A DNA stretch of 64,000 bases from a bacterium (GTDB taxonomy: Bacteria > Patescibacteriota > Minisyncoccia > UBA6257 > WO2-44-18): contig JAUYHP010000031.1 in assembly GCA_030689595.1 (NCBI GenBank), positions 86,666 to 150,665 of the forward strand, read 5' to 3'. Below the pieces are notes generated by a model. It ran no database searches, was not told the origin of the DNA, and saw nothing but the letters and a program-made list of their open reading frames with translations. How positions within the stretch are numbered: the stretch's first letter is position 1; every line of letters starts with the position of its first letter. The translations under genes were made by a program, and so were the position numbers. Shown one piece after another: positions 9,719 through 18,234 of the stretch.

Positions 9719-10180
9719 TTAAAGTCTATTCATATTAGCGGCAGTGATAGCTATGGCTAAAGCATCGCTAGCATCGTCGTGGCCGCTAATCTCTTGGACA
9801 TTCAAGAGCTTAGTTACCATCTTAGCAACTGCTTTTTTATCTGCAAGACCATAACTGGTAACAGCCATTTTAACCTCTTGTGGACCATATTCTCTTATTG
9901 CGATTTTATGTTTTAGGAGGCAGTAGAGTATAACCCCCCTAGCTTGTGCCACATCAATGGCAGTTTTTCTATTTGTGGAAAAGAATATCTTTTCTACAGC
10001 GGCTAAATCTGGTTTAGCGTCCAGTATTAGCTTCTCCAAGCCGCTAGCTAATACTAGAAGCTTATCATTGCCTTTGTCGGTTATTTCTAAGACACCATAA
10101 TTTATTAACGTCAGTGGGCGATCGTTGACCAACCCATAGCCTATGCGTGACGTTCCCGGATCTATGCCTAGAATTTTCAT
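9719..10180 (-). CDS. ruvC: Holliday junction resolvase RuvC
   Basis: MKILGIDPGTSRIGYGLV… N-terminus typical of RuvC; 153 aa. Confidence 0.9.
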   Translation of the reverse strand: MKILGIDPGTSRIGYGLVNDRPLTLINYGVLEITDKGNDKLLVLASGLEKLILDAKPDLAAVEKIFFSTNRKTAIDVAQARGVILYCLLKHKIAIREYGPQEVKMAVTSYGLADKKAVAKMVTKLLNVQEISGHDDASDALAIAITAANMNRL

Positions 10181-10716
10181 GATTGCATATTGGTTATAAT
10201 TTTTTGCACATCATCGTGCTCGTCCAATTTTTCTATTAGAGAATTAATTTTGTTTTTAGCATCTTCGGAAACTGCTTGCTTAAACTTAGCCTGCCATTCA
10301 TTATTTTCGGTGTCAGTCTGTTTATCGAATGACCACAAGACACTACCCCTCTCCGCCATTTTAGCATCGTTTTTATCTAAAAGATGCCTTAGCTCGGCGA
10401 TGGTGCGATTTGTGTTGTCAGTTATGGCTTCGATAATTATGGCTACTTTCTCTGGACCATAGGCCTCCACTGTTATTTCTTCTAATTCTTTGTCATCACC
10501 CGCCTTGTTAATAGCTCGTTCAATATTGTCATTGGGTACATTATTTTCTTTAGCTTTGGTAATGGCTGCCCGCAGACGTGGGTTGAAGTCTGGGTTAGCT
10601 TCTCGGCGGGCTGCTATAGAGACGGCTTTTAGCAATTTTGAAAACATCGCCGATCTCTTTTTGTCAGTTGCCCCCTTTTTATGTTTTATTTGACTCCATT
10701 TTGAGTGACCGGACAT
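10177..10716 (-). CDS. yebC: YebC/PmpR-family transcriptional regulator
   Basis: MSGHSKWSQIKHKKG…, the canonical YebC N-terminus. The start is taken at this Met rather than the upstream Met at 10740. Confidence 0.85.
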   Translation of the reverse strand: MSGHSKWSQIKHKKGATDKKRSAMFSKLLKAVSIAARREANPDFNPRLRAAITKAKENNVPNDNIERAINKAGDDKELEEITVEAYGPEKVAIIIEAITDNTNRTIAELRHLLDKNDAKMAERGSVLWSFDKQTDTENNEWQAKFKQAVSEDAKNKINSLIEKLDEHDDVQKIITNMQS

Positions 10717-10847
10717 ATGCTTAGTATAATAAGTTGACAATCAACAACAAGCAAATGACTGTTATTAAATTAAAAAGGCCTCCGATACTAAATCGGAGGA
10801 GCCTGGCTTTTTTGCTAGATAAGAATCACCCACCGGCGATATTATAT

Positions 10848-10868
10848 TTGTCGTAATTAATAATTACG
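10848..10868. promoter_or_regulatory. 21-bp perfect palindrome gtcgtaatta-a-taattacgac upstream of yebC
   Basis: Read directly. Sits in the yebC promoter region between two hairpin terminators. Candidate operator. Confidence 0.3.
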
Positions 10869-10874
10869 ACAGCT

Positions 10875-10908
10875 AGTAAAAAAACCGCTAGAGAATCACT
10901 CTAGCGGT
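10875..10908 (-). terminator. Rho-independent terminator ending the tRNA array
   Basis: ccgctagag-aatcact-ctctagcgg hairpin followed by a T7 run on the minus strand. Confidence 0.55.
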
Positions 10909-10918
10909 TGGAATCTGT

Positions 10919-10994
10919 TGGTGCAGGCGGTGGGGATCGAACCCACGACCCACGGCTTAAAAGGCCGCTGCTCTACCAACTGAGCTACGCCTGC
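10919..10994 (-). tRNA. tRNA-Lys (anticodon UUU)
   Basis: The cloverleaf folds: acceptor gcaggcg/cgcctgc, anticodon loop cTTTTaa, T-loop gtgggttcgatcccac. The 3' tail is CCC, so CCA is not encoded. Confidence 0.85.
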
Positions 10995-11011
10995 ACATTT
11001 AGCTGCAAAGT

Positions 11012-11097
11012 TGGTAGTCGGGGAGGGATTCGAACCCTCATGATCTCGCGATCAATGGATTTTGAATCCATCGCGTCTGCCATTTCGCCACCCGACC
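11012..11097 (-). tRNA. tRNA-Leu (anticodon CAA), type II with long variable arm
   Basis: ggtcgggtggcgaaatggcagacgc…, anticodon loop ttCAAaa, long variable arm, encoded CCA. Confidence 0.85.
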
Positions 11098-11112
11098 GAA
11101 CAACAACTGGTT

Positions 11113-11197
11113 TGGTGTGCTCGGTGGGGGTCGAACCCACATAGCCGGAGCCATCGGGTCCTAAACCCGACGCGTCTGCCAGTTCCGCCACGAGCAC
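11113..11197 (-). tRNA. tRNA-Leu (anticodon UAG), type II
   Basis: gtgctcgtggcggaactggcagacgc…, anticodon loop ttTAGga, long variable arm, encoded CCA. Confidence 0.85.
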
Positions 11198-11207
11198 AAA
11201 ATAGGTG

Positions 11208-11249
11208 TCGCAGGTGGGTCTATAACCCACTCAAGTTAGCCTCTGCGAC
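11208..11249. other. Nested hairpin between tRNA genes; not a tRNA
   Basis: gtcgcag[gtgggt-ctataa-acccac]…ctgcgac. Too short for a tRNA. Possibly an RNase processing or spacer structure. Confidence 0.3.
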
Positions 11250-11272
11250 AACATGTTTAGCGAAGCATGAAA

Positions 11273-11359
11273 TGGTACCACGGGAGGGATTCGAACCCTC
11301 ACGGCCCAAGGGCCAGGGGATTTTAAGTCCCCAGCGTCTGCCAGTTCCGCCACCGCGGC
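11273..11359 (-). tRNA. tRNA-Leu (anticodon UAA), type II
   Basis: gccgcggtggcggaactggcagacgc…, anticodon loop ctTAAaa, long variable arm, encoded CCA. Confidence 0.85.
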
Positions 11360-11382
11360 ATTTCATGTCTTTATCATCGTCA

Positions 11383-11769
11383 TCATCGTCGCAGGTCTCG
11401 AGTTCGGATGACCCACGTTTCCGAATCGCGTCGATTGCCATTGACTCGGAACCTCCGAGTCGTGGTGCCGGTCATTCGGCCGTCGTGATGACCGACAACC
11501 GCTAGGCTGACCGTTGAGGTCTGACCCGACCAGTCCCTTAGATCGACGGAGTAGAAGTCGCCGGTTTGAATATTCTGCCCGACGACTCTTCCGTCCTGGA
11601 TTACGTCCAGAACCATTCCATCGGTTCCATTGACCACGGTGACCGTGGTCGAGTGGTAGGGGATGTTCCTTGTGAAAATCTGTGGCCTGGCGCTGGGGAT
11701 GCCATTGCATCCCATCAACAAGGACAGGGGCGCCAGTAACAGAATCAGAATTGCGATCGATTTTCTCAT
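11383..11769 (-). CDS. Small lipoprotein within the GC-rich islet
   Basis: Signal peptide with lipobox (MRKSIAILILLLAPLSLLMG|C). The DNA here is about 55% GC against about 40% for flanking genes. Confidence 0.5.
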   Translation of the reverse strand: MRKSIAILILLLAPLSLLMGCNGIPSARPQIFTRNIPYHSTTVTVVNGTDGMVLDVIQDGRVVGQNIQTGDFYSVDLRDWSGQTSTVSLAVVGHHDGRMTGTTTRRFRVNGNRRDSETWVIRTRDLRR

Positions 11770-11912
11770 CTGCTTCTCTCCTTCAAAAAAAGGGGGTGAA
11801 ATGGGTTTTTCAAGGTCTGATTAACTTTGTCTATTATAGCACAGATTAATGATGTCTGTCAACCCCCACACCATAACAGCGGTTTGATGTGGTGGTTGAG
11901 CGACGCAGCGTC

Positions 11913-11947
11913 AATAAAAAACCGGTCCGATGATAGTCGAACCGGTT
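11913..11947 (-). terminator. Intrinsic terminator after the small membrane ORF
   Basis: aaccggt-N14-accggtt hairpin followed by a T-run on the minus strand. Confidence 0.4.
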
Positions 11948-11955
11948 GCGTCGGT

Positions 11956-12141
11956 TTAAGCGAAGATATGCACAATTCCATAGACAGCTCCCAAGAGGAC
12001 CGCCAGGAAGAGCACAATGCAGCCTATCTGGGCTGTGAATTGCCGATTTTGATCGTTATTCAAAAAAAAGCTGAGCGCCAACGATAAGACGCCTCCAGCT
12101 GCGGAGCCGATCGCCCCACACAATAAAAACAACTGCAACAT
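11956..12141 (-). CDS. Small two-helix membrane protein (61 aa)
   Basis: Two hydrophobic helices. Elevated GC; part of the same islet. Confidence 0.35.
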   Translation of the reverse strand: MLQLFLLCGAIGSAAGGVLSLALSFFLNNDQNRQFTAQIGCIVLFLAVLLGAVYGIVHIFA

Positions 12142-12365
12142 GATCTGCCTCCGATTTGGGGTAGAGGAAAAAATATGTTTATCAAGGTGCTAAAGATTAA
12201 TCTATACTAATACATTATCAGGATTAATGCAAGTTTTATAAAATCTTCCACAGTTTTCCCTTGATCTCGTTATTGAAAGACGTTACGATGACACCATCAG
12301 GCTTGTTTGCTAGCGAGGCAAACCTATCTGCCGATGAAGCAGACTAAATAAAGGGTGATCATCTA

Positions 12366-14033
12366 ATGGCTCAGGACAAAATTCAAGAAAAATTGGCCAA
12401 GGCTAGCAGAGAAGCCGAGGAACGAGATGCGCAAAGGCGAGCTGAGAAACTTAAGCTTGGTTATATTTCCCTAAGCGATCTATCAGTCCAGGTTGATGCA
12501 CTTAATATAGTTCCGGAGAAAGAAGCGCGACGCCTAATGGTGGCGCCATTTTTATTTAGGGATCGTAAATTAGACATCGCTGTTTTTGATGCTGGAGACG
12601 CTGCTACAAAAGAATTCTTACAGAATCTAGCGAAAGAGAATTGGCAGATAACTGTATTTATTGCTTCTAAGAGCACCTTAGAGCATATTTGGAGCTTTTA
12701 TAAATATATAGTCTCTGACCGCCAAGAGATTGTGGGGCGCATCGATATCGAAAAAGAATTTTTCGAAAAATTATTATCGGAATTGACGGATTTAGAAAAA
12801 ATACAATCAGCCATTAACAATTTCGATTATCAGAAATTTCCCACCAAGAAATTATTGGAAGTAATCTTAGCGGGAGCCATTGCTAATGGAGCTTCGGATA
12901 TACACTTCGAGCCGGAGAAAGAATCGGTATTGCTGCGTTTTCGCATAGACGGCTTGCTGCATGATGTAGTTGAAAATATCGATCACAAAGTCTATGAGCC
13001 GCTATTGGGCCGCATCAAACTATTTTCCAATCTTAAATTGAATGTCCACGATGAGCCACAAGACGGCCGTTTCAGCATAACCTCAGAAAGTCGTGAGCTG
13101 GAAATGAGAGTCTCAACTGTGCCAGCTGAATATGGCGAGGTGGTGGTTATGAGAATTTTGGATCCATCAGCTGTTAGGCCGGAGCTAAATGGATTGGGCT
13201 TTAGAAAAGATGATTTAGATATAATCGAAAAACAATTGAGGGAACCCAATGGCATGTTATTGAATACTGGCCCAACTGGATCCGGCAAAACCACAACTTT
13301 ATATGCCTTTTTGGCTAAAAAATCTAAGGCGGAAATTAAGATCATTACCATCGAGGATCCAATCGAATATCATTTGGCCGGCATCGAGCAGACACAAGTT
13401 GATCCAGAAGGTGGTTATGATTTTGCCAATGGCTTGCAGGCGCTTATGAGACAGGACCCCGATGTGATATTGGTTGGTGAAATTCGCGATCCTAAGACGG
13501 CGGCGATTGCATTGCAGGCGGCCCTAACCGGACATTTAGTGTTTTCTACGGTGCACGCTAATTCGGCGGCTGGAGCCGTGCCAAGATTATTGGATCTAGA
13601 AGTTCGTCCAGCCAGCATAGGCCCAGCTTTGAATATGGTCATTGCTCAGCGCTTAATAAGAAAGTTGTGTGTAAAATGCAAAGTGCCAGCTGAAATAGAT
13701 AGTGCCACCCGGAAAAAAATAGAAGAATTTTTGGAAAAATTGCCTAAACGAGTTAACCGCAACGATTATAAAGAGATATTTATGTTTTCGCCTAAAGGCT
13801 GTTCGGAATGTAGCGGTCTGGGCTATAAAGGTCGTATAGCTATACTAGAGCTTTTGCCAGTAGATAATAATTTAGAGAAAGTCATCAAAAAAGATGTGAG
13901 CGAAGCTGATCTTCAAGATTTGGGAATTGAGCAGGGCATGGTTACGATGCAACAAGACGGCATATTAAAAACCATTACTGGCATAACTACTTTTGATGAA
14001 GTGGAAAAGCTTACTGGCTCTATGCGTTGGTGA
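12366..14033 (+). CDS. pilB: Type IV pilus / type II secretion assembly ATPase (GspE/PilB family)
   Basis: Walker A GPTGSGKTTTL, Asp and His boxes, and a C-terminal tetracysteine motif (CVKC…CSEC). Confidence 0.85.
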   Translation: MAQDKIQEKLAKASREAEERDAQRRAEKLKLGYISLSDLSVQVDALNIVPEKEARRLMVAPFLFRDRKLDIAVFDAGDAATKEFLQNLAKENWQITVFIASKSTLEHIWSFYKYIVSDRQEIVGRIDIEKEFFEKLLSELTDLEKIQSAINNFDYQKFPTKKLLEVILAGAIANGASDIHFEPEKESVLLRFRIDGLLHDVVENIDHKVYEPLLGRIKLFSNLKLNVHDEPQDGRFSITSESRELEMRVSTVPAEYGEVVVMRILDPSAVRPELNGLGFRKDDLDIIEKQLREPNGMLLNTGPTGSGKTTTLYAFLAKKSKAEIKIITIEDPIEYHLAGIEQTQVDPEGGYDFANGLQALMRQDPDVILVGEIRDPKTAAIALQAALTGHLVFSTVHANSAAGAVPRLLDLEVRPASIGPALNMVIAQRLIRKLCVKCKVPAEIDSATRKKIEEFLEKLPKRVNRNDYKEIFMFSPKGCSECSGLGYKGRIAILELLPVDNNLEKVIKKDVSEADLQDLGIEQGMVTMQQDGILKTITGITTFDEVEKLTGSMRW

Positions 14034-14046
14034 GACAAATAAAAAT

Positions 14047-14207
14047 GGAGATCATTGATCTGTGGGCTAGATGCTTTCGTTAAAAAGCAAGAGAGAAACT
14101 CTTTTAAAGGTTAAAAGAGATTAGAATTTTTTCGAGGAGTGACACAGCCTGAGCCAAGTCATCCAAATGTCTAAAAGAAATTCCTTGCCCACAGATCAAT
14201 AACCTCC
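14047..14207. repeat. Imperfect 21-bp inverted repeat flanking about 120 bp in the pilB-ruvB gap
   Basis: ggagatcattgatctgtgggc at 14047-14067 versus the complement of gcccacagatcaataacctcc at 14187-14207. 18 of 21 bases match, with a 14-bp perfect core. Confidence 0.4.
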
Positions 14208-14329
14208 ATTAATATAGATTCGTTCCACTATAGCATAGGTGATTATAAAAGTCAATCCCCTACCAAATTGATGTCGCAGTGCGGGGTTGGCCCCTCGACG
14301 TATGATATGCTAACAATACGAGAGAATTT

Positions 14330-15352
14330 ATGGACAATCAAAACGATAAAATCGTAAAAAATGACAAAAAATTACCAGAGGATCAAAGCATTGATTCTAT
14401 TTTGCGACCAACTAATTGGGATGATTATGTCGGTCAGGAAAAGGTTAAGCGTAATCTTAAAATAATCTTATCTGCCGCCAAAGAGCGTCAGGAGTCTTGT
14501 GATCATATATTATTTTATGGTCAGGCTGGCTTGGGCAAAACGACTTTAGCCCATTTAGTTGCTAAGGAGCTGGGCTGTAACGTTAAAGTCACTTCGGGGC
14601 CAGCTTTGGAGAAAATGGGCGACTTAGCAGCGGTGTTAAGTAATTTAGAAAAAAACGAAGTTTTGTTTATTGATGAAGCTCATAGACTTAATCGTATGAT
14701 CGAGGAGGTTATGTATCCGGCCATGGAGGCGAGAAAGCTCAATTTAATTATCGGCAAGGGTCCAGCGGCACGCACAGTTAGCCTAGATTTACCTCCGTTT
14801 ACGCTAATCGCCGCTACCACGAGAGCTAATTTACTTTCTGGTCCGTTGCGCTCTCGTTTCGGAGCGTCATTCAAGCTGGATTATTATGAAGTTGCTGACA
14901 TCGAAGCGATATTGAAAAGATCAGCTGACATCCTGGGATTAAAAATTGACTCAGATGCCACCAACATCATTGCTCGTGCTTCGCGTTTTACGCCTCGAGT
15001 AGCCAATAGAATTTTGCGTCGGGTGAGAGATTACGCCCAAGTTAATTCGGCTTTGGTCATTACCGCTGATGTCGCTCAAAAAACTTTGGATCTGTTAGAG
15101 ATCGATAAATTAGGCTTGGAGGCACAAGATCGACGCTTGTTAGAAATTGTGATAACTAAGTTCAATGGTGGCCCAGTGGGTGTTAGTAGCTTGTCGGCGG
15201 CACTTAACGAAGACAAGGGTAATGTTGAAGATATTTTTGAGCCTTATTTGATGAGTACTGGGCTATTGGTGCGCACTCCGGCTGGTAGAATAGCAACGCG
15301 CAAAGCTTATGAGCATTTGGGTTTATCTGTACCTGATGGGACATTGCTTTAA
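14330..15352 (+). CDS. ruvB: Holliday junction branch-migration helicase RuvB
   Basis: Walker A GQAGLGKTTLA, a AAA+ domain and a C-terminal winged helix. Confidence 0.9.
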   Translation: MDNQNDKIVKNDKKLPEDQSIDSILRPTNWDDYVGQEKVKRNLKIILSAAKERQESCDHILFYGQAGLGKTTLAHLVAKELGCNVKVTSGPALEKMGDLAAVLSNLEKNEVLFIDEAHRLNRMIEEVMYPAMEARKLNLIIGKGPAARTVSLDLPPFTLIAATTRANLLSGPLRSRFGASFKLDYYEVADIEAILKRSADILGLKIDSDATNIIARASRFTPRVANRILRRVRDYAQVNSALVITADVAQKTLDLLEIDKLGLEAQDRRLLEIVITKFNGGPVGVSSLSAALNEDKGNVEDIFEPYLMSTGLLVRTPAGRIATRKAYEHLGLSVPDGTLL

Positions 15353-15402
15353 GTAGGTAAAATATTGATATCATCGGTTAAATTATTTTTTAAGGCCACC
15401 TT

Positions 15403-15867
15403 ATGCCCAAGTTCTTATCTAACAGTGACAAAAAAACTAGACAGCTTGCTGCAAAATTAGCTGACGCAGCATTATCTACTAAACATCAACTGAAACACGC
15501 ACTTATTATCGGCCTGGTTGGTGGTCTTGGCGCTGGTAAAACTACATTTATTCAGGGGTTTGCTAAGGCTCTAGGGATAAAAAAGCATTTAGCTAGCCCG
15601 ACATTTATTATAATGCGTCGACATGGTTTGCCGGCTAAAAAGCTGTCCAAATATACCAATCTATATCACATTGACACTTATCGTTTACATAGCAGTAAGG
15701 ATTTGTTGGCTTTGGGCATCAAAGATGTTTTAAAAGATTCTAGTAATATAGTTTTAATCGAGTGGGCTGATAAGATTAAAAAAATATTACCCAAAGATAC
15801 TTTATGGCTAGTTTTTAAGCATGGGCGCAACGAGAAGGAGCGGACAATAAAGTTGTTAGGTAATTAA
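15403..15867 (+). CDS. tsaE: tRNA threonylcarbamoyladenosine biosynthesis ATPase TsaE
   Basis: P-loop LVGGLGAGKTTFIQGFAKALG; YjeE-family size. Confidence 0.75.
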   Translation: MPKFLSNSDKKTRQLAAKLADAALSTKHQLKHALIIGLVGGLGAGKTTFIQGFAKALGIKKHLASPTFIIMRRHGLPAKKLSKYTNLYHIDTYRLHSSKDLLALGIKDVLKDSSNIVLIEWADKIKKILPKDTLWLVFKHGRNEKERTIKLLGN

Positions 15868-15885
15868 GTTACCACGCAGTAAAAA

Positions 15886-15909
15886 CCCCACTATCCTAAG
15901 GATAGTGGG
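15886..15909. terminator. Bidirectional hairpin terminator between tsaE and the convergent orphan gene
   Basis: cccactatcc-taa-ggatagtggg, a 10-bp perfect stem with A/T runs on both sides. Confidence 0.5.
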
Positions 15910-15915
15910 TAAATT

Positions 15916-16407
15916 TTAATCACCAGTCCAGCGATTCAGTGTATGCCTTAGGTGCTTTTCACCCTCGGTATTGTGTACAATTTTCTTGAAGCGGCGAATT
16001 TGCCAACGAGAGGCACCCCTACGCCACAGATGGCTTTCCCAGCCGATAAGACGATTAGTAAATTCACTGGCACTATATAAAGTGCTTTTAAAGCCAGCCA
16101 CCGTCTTAGCAGCTTCAGTAACCTCTTGAGGAGTGGGCTTACTTGGCATTGTACCGTCATGATTGGGATGAATGGCTCGCTTGATCATGCGAGCGAATAT
16201 GCCGTGAAAATAACGTTTGTGAGTCAGTTCGTACAATTTCGTTCTGGCTTTTGCCAATCGTTCGCCGTACTCATCGCCAGTCCAAGGCTTGCCCCTCTTG
16301 GGGATAACGCTGCGAGCTAATCGCCTGACTTTGGCGATGATTAGTCCGGTGGCGTTGGTCTTGCGTTGATTGCGGCTATTCCTACCTTTGCTTCCGCCAC
16401 GTTTCAT
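15916..16407 (-). CDS. Hypothetical basic protein; orphan, antisense to its neighbours
   Basis: 163 aa. Lys/Arg-rich N-terminus. GC about 48%, above the local average. No family recognised. Confidence 0.5.
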   Translation of the reverse strand: MKRGGSKGRNSRNQRKTNATGLIIAKVRRLARSVIPKRGKPWTGDEYGERLAKARTKLYELTHKRYFHGIFARMIKRAIHPNHDGTMPSKPTPQEVTEAAKTVAGFKSTLYSASEFTNRLIGWESHLWRRGASRWQIRRFKKIVHNTEGEKHLRHTLNRWTGD

Positions 16408-16484
16408 GGCAAACTCCTTAAAGTGGGTGTTTGTGGACTATCAAATTACTGATGACATAATACCACATACCCACAAACAATGCA

Positions 16485-17360
16485 ATGGCTAACAAAACCC
16501 TACTTCTATTTGACGCTAACGCCCTGATTCATCGATTTTTTCATGCCCTGCCGCCATTAACTACACCTGATGGCAAAGCGGCTGGTGCTATTTATGGATT
16601 GTCTGGTGCGTTATTAAAAATTTTTAGAGATCAGAAACCAGAATATGTCGCCGCGGCTTTTGATCGTCCAGAGAAAACTTTCCGCGCTGTGGAATTCAAA
16701 GACTACAAAGCTCATCGTCCGCCAGCAGTTGATGAATTGGTTGAGCAGATTATCCAGATGCCGGATGTCTTTGACCTTTTTGGAGTGAAAAGATTTTCCC
16801 AAGCTGGCTATGAAGCCGATGACGTGATTGGTACGTTGGTTGAGAAATTTAAAGATAGTTTCGAATTGGATAAGATTATTATCGTTTCCGGAGATCTCGA
16901 TGTTTTGCAGTTAGTGGAAGACGATAAAGTTTTGGCACAAATTAGCAAAACCGGCATTAGCGAGGTGGTTTTATATAACAAAGCTGGCGTTATTGAGCGC
17001 TACGGACTAAGGCCGGATCAGCTGACTGATCTTAAGGGATTTTTGGGTGATACATCAGATAATATTCCGGGAGTTAAGGGCATTGGCCCAAAGACCATCA
17101 CTCCTCTACTACAAGAGTTTGGCAATATAGAAGAGCTTTTTGATAATATAGCCATTATCAACCCCAAAATAGTTAAGAAATTAGAAGGCCACAAAGATGA
17201 GGCATTGTTTTCGAAAAAATTAGCTACGATCAAACGCGATGTGCCGATGGAATGTTCATTAGATGATTTGAAAGCCCAACCATTAAACAAAGAAGAGCTC
17301 AAAAAATATTTTAATAAACTTGGGTTTAATAGCTTGGTAACTAGAGTAGATAATGCCTGA
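16485..17360 (+). CDS. 5'-3' exonuclease (Pol I N-terminal domain / FEN-like, stand-alone)
   Basis: LLLFDANALIHRFFHAL… and acidic-residue clusters typical of the 5'-3' exonuclease/FEN family. 291 aa with no polymerase domain. Confidence 0.8.
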   Translation: MANKTLLLFDANALIHRFFHALPPLTTPDGKAAGAIYGLSGALLKIFRDQKPEYVAAAFDRPEKTFRAVEFKDYKAHRPPAVDELVEQIIQMPDVFDLFGVKRFSQAGYEADDVIGTLVEKFKDSFELDKIIIVSGDLDVLQLVEDDKVLAQISKTGISEVVLYNKAGVIERYGLRPDQLTDLKGFLGDTSDNIPGVKGIGPKTITPLLQEFGNIEELFDNIAIINPKIVKKLEGHKDEALFSKKLATIKRDVPMECSLDDLKAQPLNKEELKKYFNKLGFNSLVTRVDNA

Positions 17361-18201
17361 GTTGCCCGAAGTGCAAACTATTATTAACGATTTAAATCGG
17401 TCCCTGGTGGGCCGAAAAATTTTAACTGCTTGGTGGGATTGGTCGAGAATGTTTAAGTTGCCCACTAAGTTGAGATCCCTAAAACGAGATATTAGAAGCA
17501 AAAGGATTGTTAAAGTGGAACGTCGGGCGAAATATATAAAGATATTTTTGACCGCCGATTATTTATTGGCGGTTCATCTCAAGATGACCGGTCGTTTTTA
17601 TTTGGTGCCACAAAACCTAGCCACGCCCAAGTGGCGAAAGGAGCATTATGTCCATGTTATGTTTTCTCTGGATAAGAAAATGGTTCTGGCGTTTTCGGAT
17701 GTGCGCAAATTTGGCACAATGCGCTTTGGTAAATCTGTTGATATTGAAAATCTACCCGAGTTCAAAGCCCTGGGTCCGGAGCCTTTGGCCAAAGGCCTAA
17801 CTTTGGATAAGTTTGCTCAACTGATTACTAAGCCAGCCCGCGCTATAAAACAGGTTTTGATGGACCCTAAGATTATCGTCGGTATCGGCAATATTTATTC
17901 TGATGAAGCATTGTGGTTGTCAAAGATTCACCCCTTGCGCAAAGCCAACGCTCTAAAATCGGGTGAAATTAAAAAACTATTCATCAACATCAAAAAAGTT
18001 TTGCGTAAATCCTTAAATTTGCGCGGCACCTCATCGAGAGATTATCGTGATTTATCTGGTCAGCGGGGCAATTATTATGATCAGCGCTTAGTCTATCACC
18101 GCGAAGGCGAACAATGCCGCCGCTGTAAAGCAAAAATCAAAAGACTACGTCTAGGCGGCCGCTCGGCCCATTTTTGTCCGAGATGCCAGAAAGCGGGTTG
18201 A
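17353..18201 (+). CDS. mutM: Formamidopyrimidine-DNA glycosylase (Fpg/MutM)
   Basis: N-terminal MPELPEVQT catalytic motif and a C-terminal zinc finger (CRRC…CPRC). Confidence 0.85.
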   Translation: MPELPEVQTIINDLNRSLVGRKILTAWWDWSRMFKLPTKLRSLKRDIRSKRIVKVERRAKYIKIFLTADYLLAVHLKMTGRFYLVPQNLATPKWRKEHYVHVMFSLDKKMVLAFSDVRKFGTMRFGKSVDIENLPEFKALGPEPLAKGLTLDKFAQLITKPARAIKQVLMDPKIIVGIGNIYSDEALWLSKIHPLRKANALKSGEIKKLFINIKKVLRKSLNLRGTSSRDYRDLSGQRGNYYDQRLVYHREGEQCRRCKAKIKRLRLGGRSAHFCPRCQKAG

Positions 18202-18234
18202 GTCAGTGGCTGAACCAAACTACAATTATCTCAT

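Noticed and set aside
10908-11505. Plus- and minus-strand ORFs of 73-147 aa in the six-frame track overlapping the tRNA array (10908-11144, 10985-11230, 11062-11505, 11220-11441)
   Set aside because: They run straight through four well-folded tRNA genes. Their sequences (poly-Asp, Arg/Pro-rich) are translation artefacts of tRNA and GC-rich DNA.
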